From positions 1,699,478 through 1,763,477 of the forward strand of contig MU008158.1 of assembly GCA_010909165.1 (NCBI GenBank): a stretch of DNA of 64,000 nt. Direction: 5' to 3'. A model generated the notes under the pieces. That model was not told the origin of the DNA. It did no database searches and saw only the letters and a list, made by a program, of their open reading frames with translations. Positions 49,586 to 61,900 of this stretch are shown one piece after another (the stretch's first letter is position 1; each line of letters opens with the position of its first letter). The translations under genes were made by a program, and so were the position numbers. Source of the DNA: Anthoceros angustus. Taxonomy: Eukaryota > Plantae > Anthocerotophyta.

Positions 49586-50959
49586 ATGAATTGCTGTGTC
49601 AGCAATGGGAATCACGACCAGGCGAAGGGGGGGAACGGCGTGGCCTCCGTAACCAGTTTGTCCGCCCGGGGTCGGAGGGCTATCAGCCCGTTTTCGCCCT
49701 ACATCCAAAAGGCTACCGAGTCCAAGACGAACCTGTGGTCTCCTGAAAATGTGGACGGCTTCTTCAACATGGCGACAGCCGAGAGCGTGCTGTCCTTCGA
49801 CCTGATTCACAGCAAGATAAAGTCTTGCAGGGAGGTGCCGGCTACAGTAGGGCTTTATGCTAACTTCCAGGGAGGGCAGAGGCTGCGGCAAGCCATTGCA
49901 AAGATGATGGAGAGAACGTTCATGGGGGTGACGGTTGATCCCGCCCATATTTGCATTTCCAGCGGTGTGACTGCTGTTTTGGACCTCTTCTTCTTCGGAA
50001 CCTGTGATGTGGGAGATGCCTGTCTGATTCCCGCTCCGTACTTCCCTGCCTTCGACAATGACATGGACATCAGGAACCAGGTTAAGCCTATTCCCATCCA
50101 ACCTGCTGACACTTGCACCTACATCCCAACTGCCAAGGAGATGGAGGCAGCTGTGGCGGAGGCAGAGAAGAAAGGGGTGCGATCCAGAGTGCTCTTGGTG
50201 ACTAACCCCGGGAATCCTTTGGGCACTCTCTACCCTGAGGCTACTTTGAAGGAACTGCTAATCTGGGCTGTCAAGAGGGGCCTGCATGTGTTGTCTGATG
50301 AGATATATGCTAATTCTAAGTTTGGGGCTTCAGCGGAGGAGTTTGTGAGCATGGAGAAGGTGGCCAGCAATGCCATTGCTGAGGGTCTGTTGCCAGCTCA
50401 CCTAGTGGCAGAAAGAGTCCACACAGCTTATGGGATGAGCAAAGACTTTGGGATGAACGGGTTCCGTGTGGGATGTCTTCACACCAAGAACAAGGATCTG
50501 CTCAAGTTCTGGCAGAACATGGGTATGTTCTCTGCCGTCTCCAATGACACCCAGCATGCCCTAGCCGTGATGCTGGAGGATGAGGCGTTTGTGGACTCGT
50601 ATGTGGCTGAAAACAACAAGCGTTTGAAGCACTCGTATGAGGTCCTGACCGCAGCATTGGAGGCTGCCAGTCTCAAGTACATGCCAGCATGTGCTGCTAT
50701 GTTTTGCTGGTTGGACCTCAGGAGCTTCCTGAGAGAACCTACCTTTGAGGCAGAGTTTCAGCTGTGGGAGGAGGTCCACAAGGAGCAGAAGGTGGTGCTC
50801 ACTCCTGGTGAAGCTTGCCACTATGCCGAGCCGGGCTTTTTCCGACTTTGCTATGCATCCATGCCTCCTGACCACCTCAAGGTGGCCTGCTCACGGCTAG
50901 CTGCGTTTGTGGAGAAGAGGAGGAGAAAACGGAAGGCTGTTTCCAGCATAGACTTGTAG
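49586..50959 (+). CDS. ACC synthase-like PLP-dependent aminotransferase (class I/II), intronless CDS
   Basis: IPAPYFPAFD, LVTNPGNPLG, SDEIYA, PLP-Lys motif YGMSKDFGMNGFRVG, EPGFFRLCYA. Confidence 0.88.
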   Translation: MNCCVSNGNHDQAKGGNGVASVTSLSARGRRAISPFSPYIQKATESKTNLWSPENVDGFFNMATAESVLSFDLIHSKIKSCREVPATVGLYANFQGGQRLRQAIAKMMERTFMGVTVDPAHICISSGVTAVLDLFFFGTCDVGDACLIPAPYFPAFDNDMDIRNQVKPIPIQPADTCTYIPTAKEMEAAVAEAEKKGVRSRVLLVTNPGNPLGTLYPEATLKELLIWAVKRGLHVLSDEIYANSKFGASAEEFVSMEKVASNAIAEGLLPAHLVAERVHTAYGMSKDFGMNGFRVGCLHTKNKDLLKFWQNMGMFSAVSNDTQHALAVMLEDEAFVDSYVAENNKRLKHSYEVLTAALEAASLKYMPACAAMFCWLDLRSFLREPTFEAEFQLWEEVHKEQKVVLTPGEACHYAEPGFFRLCYASMPPDHLKVACSRLAAFVEKRRRKRKAVSSIDL

Positions 50960-51616
50960 TTCCTTGAGTAATTCAATCCAATCAGTCCCTGGCATGTTGT
51001 CTGAGGAATAAAACGCAGCTATGTACTTGTTTTGTGTGAAGGAGTTGTTATTGAGGGACTACATGGGCTGAAGGAATGTAATTTGGACACACAACATTTT
51101 GTTTGTAGTACAAACGTTCATCCATGATCATTAACTGATTTCTCATCTGAAAAGCGGTTGCTTGCACGTTTTTGACAGAATTAGGACTTTGAGCGTCCCC
51201 TACTAGAAAGGCCCTTTACCCTTTCCGTCCTAGTACAACTGCACAACGACGAGGTTGTGCTGACCTCATCATGGCGGCCCGCACGATGTCCCGGTTGAAA
51301 AACACCTGCACACGGGTTCGATCTTCGTCGATACCGGAGTTCAAGAGATTCTGACATAGGAATATCACAGCCGTGCAACTCATCACTAACAAACCATCAG
51401 AGTAACTGGGAGAATTTTCAACTCAAAAATTTCGGATAATGACATGCAGCTCCGGCAATCCTACTTATCTGCGTAATCAACTACATATAGGCATCCGCAA
51501 CAACCGCTCGTTCTCGGACATTAACTGCCAATGTCACAATCTAGCCAACTGAAGCAATTAACGAGTTCATTGCTGGACTCGATGTCAGAAGCCTCCATTT
51601 CCCCCTCTTCAAAAAT

Positions 51617-54600
51617 TTACTTGCTCTCAGGAAACTTCGTCTCATAGGTTTGACTTGTCTGCAGTGAGCCATTGGACTAATCAGAGGACAAAATCATAAG
51701 CACACACAACCAAAGCCACAGATGCATAACACAGATGCAGAACAGAAGGACTCACGTACCATAAATGTTGCGGTTATCATCTTCCCTGCAAACCACCGAG
51801 TGTGCAGCGCACCTTGGGCAGAAACCGCTGCAGCCGTAGAATCGAATCGCAGGTACACATGGCCTGGACTATTCCTGCACTCACCGAACACTCAAACCAG
51901 CAAAAACGCATCAATACCCCGGACAAATCATACACACACATGATGCTGTCCAACGCGTGCAACCTAAGGGTGGTTAGTCAGCCAGCCAACGTATTAGTGC
52001 ATCACATCTTACATCTATCCTACACCATGATCCTGTATCCTTCCCTACTAAATCGCTTACTCCAGGGTTTTGGACATGTCATGGTACACTTCAGACGAAC
52101 ATTAGGCAGAAGAAATGGCAGGCAAATATGTGAATCAAACGGTTGATTCACCCGGAATACATGACCTGCAAGGGGTGCCCTCTGCACATTCACAAGACGA
52201 TTTGTGAACAGGGGACCGTGGTAGGGATCTCAAACCAAAATACCAGCACCAAGCCCCCTCTGGAAGATGTATGGCATCCTCAGGAAGTCGCTGTAATCAA
52301 GAAAATGACTCCTACTTCTACTTCACATCCCACTTGACACTTTGGGCATGCCTGAAGACACAAAACAGGGACAGGTGGGTTCTACCATTCTGTCTACAGT
52401 CTCAGGTGCACAGGCTTAGTTTCATGGCAAAATGTCGGTTTCAATGACATTTTGAGAGATGATGCCATATCACAGCAGCAAAGGCATCTGCAACAGGCTA
52501 GGCTTGCACAACAATCCAGGGTTCCACGGTTAGAAACACAAGGCTATGTCGAAGGGCGCAATTTTGTGGTCGTGTTGAGCATGATGAACACTCTTCAGCT
52601 AGACATCCAGAGTCCCTGGAATAGTCCAATCATGTGTTTTGATTAGCATGCCTTAAGAATGACTACGATGGATATCCTACTCTCTTCACCCAATGCATAC
52701 ACTTCCTAGAGATCAAGGGAGGCATTCGATGTGAACAGAGTCCCTGCTCCACTTACTTATCAACGTGAATGTGCTTGACAACTCCAAACTTTGAACACTC
52801 CTCTTGAACATCCTCCTTGATATCAACATCAAAGTCTGCTTCCGTCTGAAACAAAAGTCACATCAGTGAGTGGCAACACCAAATGGATAATAAAGAGAAG
52901 CAATGTGACTGAGGAGAACTAAAATAAGTTACCTCTGTCTGTGGATCAAACATGTTCTTCAACAGCAGAAACTCGCTGGGTGTCCCGATAGGTTCTGCAA
53001 TAGGAGGTGCAAGACCGACTGCTGCAATCCCTGGGCTCTGAACGCCTGGGAGACCTATCCCAGCAAGTGTGGACTGCCCTAGCAGTGGAGTTGGTACTAA
53101 GGGTGCAACAACAGGGGAGACAGCTGCAAGACCCACCGACGTGCCCAACAAACCCAGTGCAGGAGTTGCTACTGCACTAACAACTCCAGCAGCCCTGCCA
53201 ACAAATTCCACACATATTGATACAGCACTACCATGTGCCAAACGCAAAAGCCTTCAAACAAAATGTGGGAAAGGGGGGATACCCTGTGGCTGTTCCACTC
53301 CGGTCCAGTTTTTGCATCAGGAGTGCTCTTGATCTCGCATTTAGTGACTGCACACAAGTGACGGTAGGTGAACAGATTCATGTTTTCCAACAATCAATTA
53401 ATACCAACCATAAGAACAAGCCATATACCAGGCCACCTCCTTCGTCATCATCTAGTTCCCCAGGGTTCACACCCATGTCCTGCATGCCAATCTGGTCGGA
53501 AACAGCTGAAACCTGCAGACCATACAGCAACACTTTCAGGACCAACGATCTGCTTGATCAGCAAAGACTATGGACTGCCAGACACATTGACAGAGGTCTC
53601 AGACCTTAATTGGACGTCCTGCCAGCTCCAATACACCATTGAGATGTTGTTGTGCTGCACGGGCATCTTCAAGTCGGGCGTACTGGAAGCAAGTTCACAC
53701 AAGGAGACAAAACATGAGGTGAGTACAGGAGCTGAGCTGCACAAACTTTACATCACAATAAGAGCTCAAGCAGAGGCAGACTTACTTGGACAAAACCAAA
53801 TCCTTTACATTGCCCTGTTTCTGGATCTGTGGGTAACTGGACAAGCTCCACTGGGCCAAAAGGTTCAAACACCTAAATCACAACAAGGTGAAACAATTTA
53901 GCAGATTCCTTGCCATAAAATCCAAAGGGAAACCGCAGAAAACACACCACCAGATGCATGACATCAACTACGGGCATCCAATGCAGCACTAGACTAGGAT
54001 TTGTCTTCCCTCTAAGCAGTGTAGTGCACAAGCACAAATTCAACTCTCTACACAGAGGCATGTAAAAGGTGTATTCTTACCTGTCGCAACTGATCTTCAT
54101 TCATATTAAAATGTAGATTCCCAACATACAGACGCCTGGCGCCACCAGAGTAGGGCCCAATGTAGTTAGCACCTCCGGCAACTGCAGTTGTCGAAGGCAC
54201 AAGATTCTTTTCTGCTTCTGAAGGCTTAACCATGACTGGTTGTCCGAGAAGAAGCTGACCAGAAAGAGCAATTGCCATTGGCACAGACATGGCATCATAG
54301 AACTCAATATACCTGTGACGAAGGCATACCACTATCAGGTGCCGCCCATCTTACAGCAGCATGTTCTGACAGCGCCTACATGCAATGTACTGAGACAGGT
54401 GCACACAGGTTGAACTAGAGCTATAGAACCTACCCAACACCTTTTGAACGCCTAGAGTTGCGATCCATTATGAGACGAACATCCCGGACCTGGGGCAAAT
54501 GAAAAGATATACCTCAGAAGAATGCAGATCATATAAAACACAAATTAATGGTGTAACACACTGAGCAAAGAAGCTCAGTCTATGGATATATATACATGCA

Positions 54601-56266
54601 GGAAGAAACTGATATGAAGGGCCCAACAGACATCACCTTTCCAGCTCTGGAGAAGAATTCATATACGTCCCTTTCATCTGCCTTCAAGCATATCTACACA
54701 AACAAAGACAGTGCACAATCACAAGAGGATTAATCATCTTGAAAGGCCCAGGTTGAGTGACGGGTGCAACAAGACACGGACCAACCTCCCATCAACTCAC
54801 TACAGACACTCTAAGCGTTCATCCAGTCCTCAAGACCAGAATCATCCTCTTCATGGGACAGGAGACAAAATGCAGATGCTACACCAAGCAAAGTGTCTGA
54901 TTGAAAGATCTGCCAAATCTTATGACAGCCCCAGAAACTGTGGGGTCCATCGGTCTGAGAAAACTGCTGTCATGGCAAACCAGTTAGCAAGTTGCTTATA
55001 ACAGCAAGAGATAGAAGCTTACACTGCAGAAGAACAGCTAACTTTTCTGACCAATTAGTAAAACCTGCATAAACCAAGATTACCCCCACCCCCCAATCCG
55101 CTGTGCCTAACAAATAATCTCCTGGCGCTTAAGCCCTTAAGTTCAACTCAAAGTGACCAGGAGCGTATTATAATCCAAAACCACATCAACCGAGTCCTGC
55201 ATATTTGGAGTAAATGCAACTACGATCAGTTCCTGTCAGCTTCAGGATCGCCTCGGTGATTGGATAGACACTGGACATCGTGACTCTTTGACATATCCAT
55301 CGACAATGTCCATCAGAAGTGAGAGGCAGCTCTACCTGATATGCGAAGACTGTGCGCTGGTCACGCTCAGGGTCAGCCTCAGGTTCAGTTGCAGCAGCCT
55401 CCTCCTTTCTGTCCTTGCCCTCTCTGGATCGTCTGCAGATAACCCAAGGTTTGACAACAATGAGGGACAGAAACCGGGCAGTCTGAGGTAAAAATTTCAG
55501 GACTAATAAAGCTCATCACTGAACAGAATCAAGCCAGCACCGAGCCTCACCTGTACTCCCTCTCACGATCTCTTTCTCGATCCCTTTCACGATCCCTTTC
55601 ACGATGTGTTTCCCTTTCTTTTTCCCTCTCCTTGTCCTTGTGAGCTTCTTTCTCCCGCAGCTCCCTATCCTTCTCCTTTTCCTTCTCCTTCTCACGGTCG
55701 CGGTCCTTATCGCGGTGACGCTCTCCATCTCTTCCACTTCTTGCACTTCTATCCCGCTCTCTCTCTCTTTCCCCTCTATCTTTCTCGCGCGGCCTGTCTC
55801 GGTCCTTCTCAGATCTTTCCCGTTCTTTTTCTCGCTCCCTGTCTCGGTCCTTGTCCCCTCGTTCACCACGCTCCCTGTCTTTCTCCATCCTTTCTCCCCT
55901 ATCACGGTCTCTCTCCCTGTCAACCCTTTCCCGATCCTTCTCAGCTCCTCGATCCCTGGACCGATGCTCGGGTGACCTATGTCCTGGACCCTTCCGGGCC
56001 CTCTCTCGGTCGCTACGATCTCTATCCCCTCGTTCCCTATCTCCCCGTTCTCTCTCACCCCGATCCCTTTCCTCTTCCTCTGGCCGGGTCCTTTTGCTTC
56101 TGTGATCATGCGCATGGCCATCATCATCATTCCTCCTCTTTGAACTCCGGGACCGATCTCTTCCATTCATTTCTCTGTCGTCTGGCCGACCATCTCCATT
56201 CGATTCCTTGAGTCCTTCGGGGTTCTCTACAGTCTTCTCCAGGTACTCATACTCATCGAAATCCAT
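51617..56266 (-). CDS. RBM39: RBM39/CAPER/CC1-like splicing factor (RS/RD-rich N-terminus, 2 RRMs + UHM), many exons
   Basis: MDFDEYEYLEKTVEN, RE/RD-rich tract, ERDQRTVFAYQ, YIEFYDAMSVPMAIALSGQLLLGQPVMVKPSEAEKN, RRLYVGNLHFN, LLLKNMFDP, RWFAGKMITATFM|TSQTYETKFPESK*. Confidence 0.93.
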
Positions 56267-56948
56267 CTTCTGTCCGAAGAGCGCAAAGGCCCGAAAAAAA
56301 AAAGGACCAGTTACAGCCCGCCTTTGCTTCCTTGGCAGCTACAGTGCCTCAAATTCGAAACCGCACTTTCCAGGAGGGGACGACCTTCAGCGCGTGAGGA
56401 AAACAAATTCATCGTGCCTGATAAGCAACGCTCCCATGACTGCAAATTGGAAACAGAAGGAAGGGGTCATTGGCGGTAGGAAGCGGTGTACACCATAAGG
56501 AAAACTCCTTCACGGAACAAGAAGACAAGTTCCTGAAAAAAAAAGTACTTGCCAACACAGTCACCAGCATCCCATGACCGATGCACCCAGCCAGTAGGCG
56601 TTCCCCAGACTACCAAACACCTTTGCAGCTGGAGGGCCAACGAAAGGTAGCCCTGTCCAGAAAAAAAATCCTGGACAAGGATTCTCCATTTAACCAAGAT
56701 GGGCGCGTCTCGGAAACGGGAAGACATGAGGGAGCATTGCGCTAACCTGGAGACAGCACACCCAGCCTGCAACAAGTTGTCGCAGCCGACGTGCCGATGG
56801 CACGAATTTTAATTTGAGACGCAACCACCACAGCCAAGCGACGGCGCCACCTCCTGTTGGCTCATCAGCAGTGTTCGAGGGCAGTCTTCCGCGCCGCGAA
56901 CCCTGAGTGCTCTGGCGCGAGCTCGGAGGGAGAGATTATCGAGTTGCC

Positions 56949-56957
56949 AAACCCTAA
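56949..56957 (+). promoter_or_regulatory. telo-box (AAACCCTAA) in the divergent RBM39/YIF1 promoter
   Basis: Exact motif in a ~1.1 kb head-to-head intergenic region. Confidence 0.45.
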
Positions 56958-57350
56958 AGTATTCTTTCTCCCGTCACCGCGTACTGTATGTATATATGTA
57001 GACATATTCGAGTGCTATACCTTGCGAGTGTGAAACAGGGTTTTCTGTGTCCTCGCTCCATTCCTTTCGATCTTGTCTCCACAGTTGTTTTTGTGCGCAG
57101 TGTCCATTAACTGGGGCGCTTCCTATGCGGCAACAAGTGTTGCGGTCGGTAGTTGCAACGGAGAGTAACCCGGCTGTACTGAAGCAGTTGGGGTGGATTT
57201 GTCTGGTGAGCCTCTCTGCAACAGGAAGTAGCGGTAGAATTGGCGAGTTCTAGTTCGTTGGAGCCAAAGGTGGTGTAAATTCCAGCTGAAACGGCCGGTT
57301 TGAGTTGACACGACTGAGTGTGCTTCTTCCTCGGATATCCTTCGGCCAAG

Positions 57351-58627
57351 ATGGTAAGATGGTACTCTATTGACTGTGCCCCCTTCAAGTCTCCATTTTG
57401 ATTGTCACCGGATGTCCGCGACGGTTTTTCTGAACTGGATTACACGCTTGGTTTTGGCCCAGAGACCATCTGCATATGACGACTTTGGTGCGCAACCAGG
57501 GATTCAACGACCCGCAGATTTGAATCCTGCTTCTCTCGATGCTCTGTATGGGGCTGGATCTGGATTTATCCGAGGCGGGCTTGGCGCGTATGGAGAAAGA
57601 ATTCTGGGATCTGGCAGGGAATATGTGCAAAGCAATGTGGGTTAGCCATTGAATGAATGACCTAATGTTTTGGGTTGCTGCTTTGGGCTGATGCACCAAA
57701 AACTGGGCAGCATATTCAAGAAACTTAACTATTTGTTTGTGTTCCTGCAGATGAGCAGATATTTTTCCGGTCATAATGTTCAATACTATTTTCAAGTCAA
57801 CGACCTTTACGTGAAGAACAAGCTTAAAGTAGTTTTGTTTCCATTTCTGCACAAGGTATTAGCATACTTGGGGATTACAGCCCCAGCTTGTTTTGCTTGG
57901 TAATTTTGTCCATCTGCCAGCTTGGGAATTCTCGCTATTTGAACTGGATGCTAAATGGGACTCGTCCTCCTGCAGGGACACTGGACTAGGATAGCAGAAC
58001 AGGTCGTTGGAGGTGGTTTGAAGTATACACCTCCCCATTACGACATCAATGCCCCGGATTTGTACATTCCTCTCATGGCATTCGGCACTTACATTGTGCT
58101 TCGCGGAATTTGGATGGGGCTCACGGATAGGTGTGTTGGCTCGACTGGTATTCCGTACCTTGAGAGGTTCTTACAGCCGAAAGTTTGCTGCTAGGAGCTA
58201 TGTAGCCTGCGCAGTGACATGTACTGACTGATTGATCCCTCTTCGCAACAGGTTCAGTCCGGAGGTTTTGAGCGAAGCCTTTACCAAGGCGCTGCTCGCT
58301 TGGTTCGTTCAATGGGTCCTTTTAAAAATGTCTTTAGTGGCATTGGGCGGTGCTGAGGCTCCTATTCTCGACTTGGCAGCATACGGTGGCTATTTTTTCG
58401 TTGGAGTATCCCTCTCCGTCTTGGGTCGAATTTTGTGGTGGCCCTCCTACTACTTAATATTGATCTGGACTAGTTTTTGTATGGGAGTATTCCTAGTCAA
58501 GACCATGAAGAGGATTTTGTTCGCGGAGGCTAGAAGTTATGACAGGGATTCTAGCAGGCACCATTACCTACTACTGTCTCTGGCTGTCGCGCAGTTCCCA
58601 CTGTGTCTGTGGTTGGGGCTTGTGTAA
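57351..58627 (+). CDS. YIF1: YIF1 (Yip1-interacting factor) ER-Golgi membrane protein, multi-exon, probable ATG-only first coding exon
   Basis: [71 protein letters not shown]. Confidence 0.92.
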
Positions 58628-58951
58628 GGTACCTTCACGTTGCAATCTAATTCGGGTCGGCCCCGAGAACAATGAACTGGATCCACTTCACGAAGGTTTC
58701 ACAAAACTTCGGCATCGCTTCCCGGTTATTCTGAATCTCGTACACTTTTCAAGGTCTTGGAGACGAGCGCTGTGGACATTTTTGGCGGCTGACTACCTAC
58801 TTACTTGATGTTCGTTGGGTCCAAAATTTTATTGCCAGACCTATGCGGGGTAAATCGCAACATGTGGCAGCTGGAATATTGGAACAGTGCATCGACTCTT
58901 GAACTAACTTCACCAAACTTTGGAGGCATAGGCCAAGTACCTTCGAAAGTT

Positions 58952-61900
58952 TTAGTAAATCTCCGCCATGATGAGAAGAATAAGTGCAGTCCATCCTGTG
59001 AAAGGATGAGACCCCTTGCCTTTCCCTTCGGCTGAATTGTCGTACTGCTCCCATAGGTACCCAGTCTTGTAGTACTGGTCAACGATGTTTCTGAAACGAG
59101 GCATTTCACCATCAGACACAGCGCTCCAATTCTGTATACAAGGGGAACGGAAAAAGAGTGATCTTACCGTATTAGATTGCTTCGGAGTTCTTGGTACAAG
59201 ACACTTGCGGCATCTTTGAACGGGCCCGCTTCTGCAATGCAGAGTCATAAGAAAACAGATTCGACGAGAACCAAGAGTCGAAAAGAAACATCCATACCTG
59301 TAGAGTAGTGATAGGTTGCAGATAGCACAAGGTAGTTGAGGTTGATCCAAACAGGCCCTCGCCAATACGGTGCGTCGTGTTCAGTGTTGCGTTTCATGTA
59401 TAAAGAGCTGCAACACAGGAACGAAACGTAGAATTACTTTCCAGAAGCCAAAACTACTATGAACCAGGTCATTGAATGCTTGAGAGTCAAGCACAGGTCA
59501 TCCATGGTTACCCAACTCGAGAGTTGCTTATTCACCTTGTAGTTGCCAAAGACCGAAGGCCAAAGCTCGTCCATAGCAGCTTTTCGTCCCGAATAAGCTC
59601 CAGCTGCCTCTTCAAATTTGGTGAATCCTGTATTTACATGGCGCCGAAGTGCATTGAGGATACTTTCCACGACTTGCAGGAGCCAGTCACTACAAACTTC
59701 GTACTTACCGGAGGAATTAATTGCATCAGGTAAGGGAAGAAGTTAACATATCCAACATGTGGAATCCAGCCCAGAGCTGGTTCGGCGAGTACTGCCCTTC
59801 GAAGGATACGTTGTGGCTGACCGTTCGTCGAGTCCCGAATTATCTCCCATTGTAATCTCACCTGCCGCACAGTTATTCAGCCTACCTCAAGTTTCACATG
59901 GTTGATCCCGTATGAGCTTTAAGTGAGAGAATCGGGGTGGAACAGACCTCCTCAGTATGGTTTCCAAAATCGTAGTACAGGCCTGACTGGTCATCGTAAT
60001 GCAGCTGTATTACGACCAAACACCAAACAGTATCAAATAGTTGAGCAAGAAGTTGAAGATGAATAAACCAGCTGAAAAGAGTGTGAAGGAAGAAAGAAAG
60101 ACCCACTTGATTCAGAAGCTCAAGGTTCAAGAGCTTGTTTGCTGTCGCCTCATATTCCTGCTACTCAATCAAGGACACTCAGTTGAGACAAGAGATGCCA
60201 TGCAAATGCAGTCTGAGATGGCATGGAAGTCGATTAGGGATTGCCTGATCTGATTTTCCAACAATTGTCGAGATGAGAGACATTGTTTTTGCAGCAAGAG
60301 CCATCCAGCAGCGGAGGTCAACATGGCGTTCATCACTGCTTGGGTGTGAAGCTCGAGGATAATCATCCAAGCCTGAAGTCAAGGTCTACCATCACACAGC
60401 CGTGAGCTGTCAAAGTATAGCTCAAATGTACATTCAGGTCCCGCTGACAGTAGACTTGTGCACCTAACCTGTGGGTTAAGCTGTCTGTCAGTTTTGTCAT
60501 CTCTTCCATGCCAGAAGTAGCTTCCAGGTGCTTTACCTGCAAAAAAAAATCGTGGAGGAACCAAAAAGGTTTCTCAGGATGAGAACCCCAACAAAACAAG
60601 CCAAAAGTTATATCAAATGTTGTATGTCAAATGTCACTGCACCTATCTGTGTCGTGTTGAACCACCGGAACCAGGCATTAAGCCGTGGAAAACTCTTTTC
60701 GAGAAATTCTAGTTCCTCCAGTGCCTTGTGGCCTTGCGCTTGCCTAGCCATGACTTTCTTGGCTAGGTCTACGGACAGTAAACAGAAAACAGCTTCAGCT
60801 TGAAAGGGCTGAAAATGAAGCTACTGAGTATCATTGTAGAAGGCTCGAGATAAAACCATACCATGTAGGACCAAAAACAATGCAGGAGGATTGGCATTGT
60901 CTGTATGTTGAAGGACGAAGTCATCTGGTACCTTGCTGTACGATAAACCCAATATTACTAAAAGAGGTTTAAGGGTGGTTTGACTACGGAGCTTACCACA
61001 CACGAACTGTAATACCTGCGAGCTTCATCTCCTAAGATTTGCTCACGGGGTATCCAGCCATTGATGTTTATTAAATCCAACCAATGAGCTATAATGTCCA
61101 TACTTATTCTGGTGTCCCACCGGCTGCAATCAATGCGCACGATTAGTGAAGGAATACTGTGACATCTTGCACCGACAGTCATAATCGGGGCTACGGAAAA
61201 ATCCACACCGTTGTCCTGTACCCATCTGCACTTAAACAACTAAAATGACTCCATGAATACACGACCCTAAGAATTCAGGCATATTTGATAGGCTGCTCAA
61301 TACCTAATCACAAGCTGATGGAAACCTTCATCCCATAGGAAACCCCGAGGGAAGAAGGAGCGACTGGGAACAGCAGTTGTAAGCTCTGCTGGCCAATAAA
61401 GTAGATAGGGTTCCTCCTTGACCCTCTTCTCCTGCATTAGAGACAAGGTGCTGGGTGCTGAGAGCACACAATCTCTGACTAGAAATCAAGCAGCATTTCT
61501 TCTGAACTAGAGGATAAGAACAACGACTGAAGGTCTAATCAGAACATCACAAGAAGACACTTCAGAGCAACAAAGCTTACTGTCGAATTTGGTGGAAATG
61601 CAATGCGCGATTGACCATAAAAGTAGCCAATACCTCCAAGAAGATTGCTCAGTGCAGCCTTACCGACCTCCACAGTCCTCTCATCCACCTGACACCAAAT
61701 GATCACACAGTCAAGAACGCCAACTCAAGTTGCCACCAGCAGATGTAGTGAGTTTCAGATTTTGCTGCAGTTTTACAGTTTGACCACCTAGAGATAATCT
61801 TCCCAGAACTAGCAGGTGGCTCTCAAAATCAACCAGATAATCAGCAAGAGACTTACCTTTGCATTGAGATGAAAAATGTCCGTGAACCGCTGCTCAAAAT

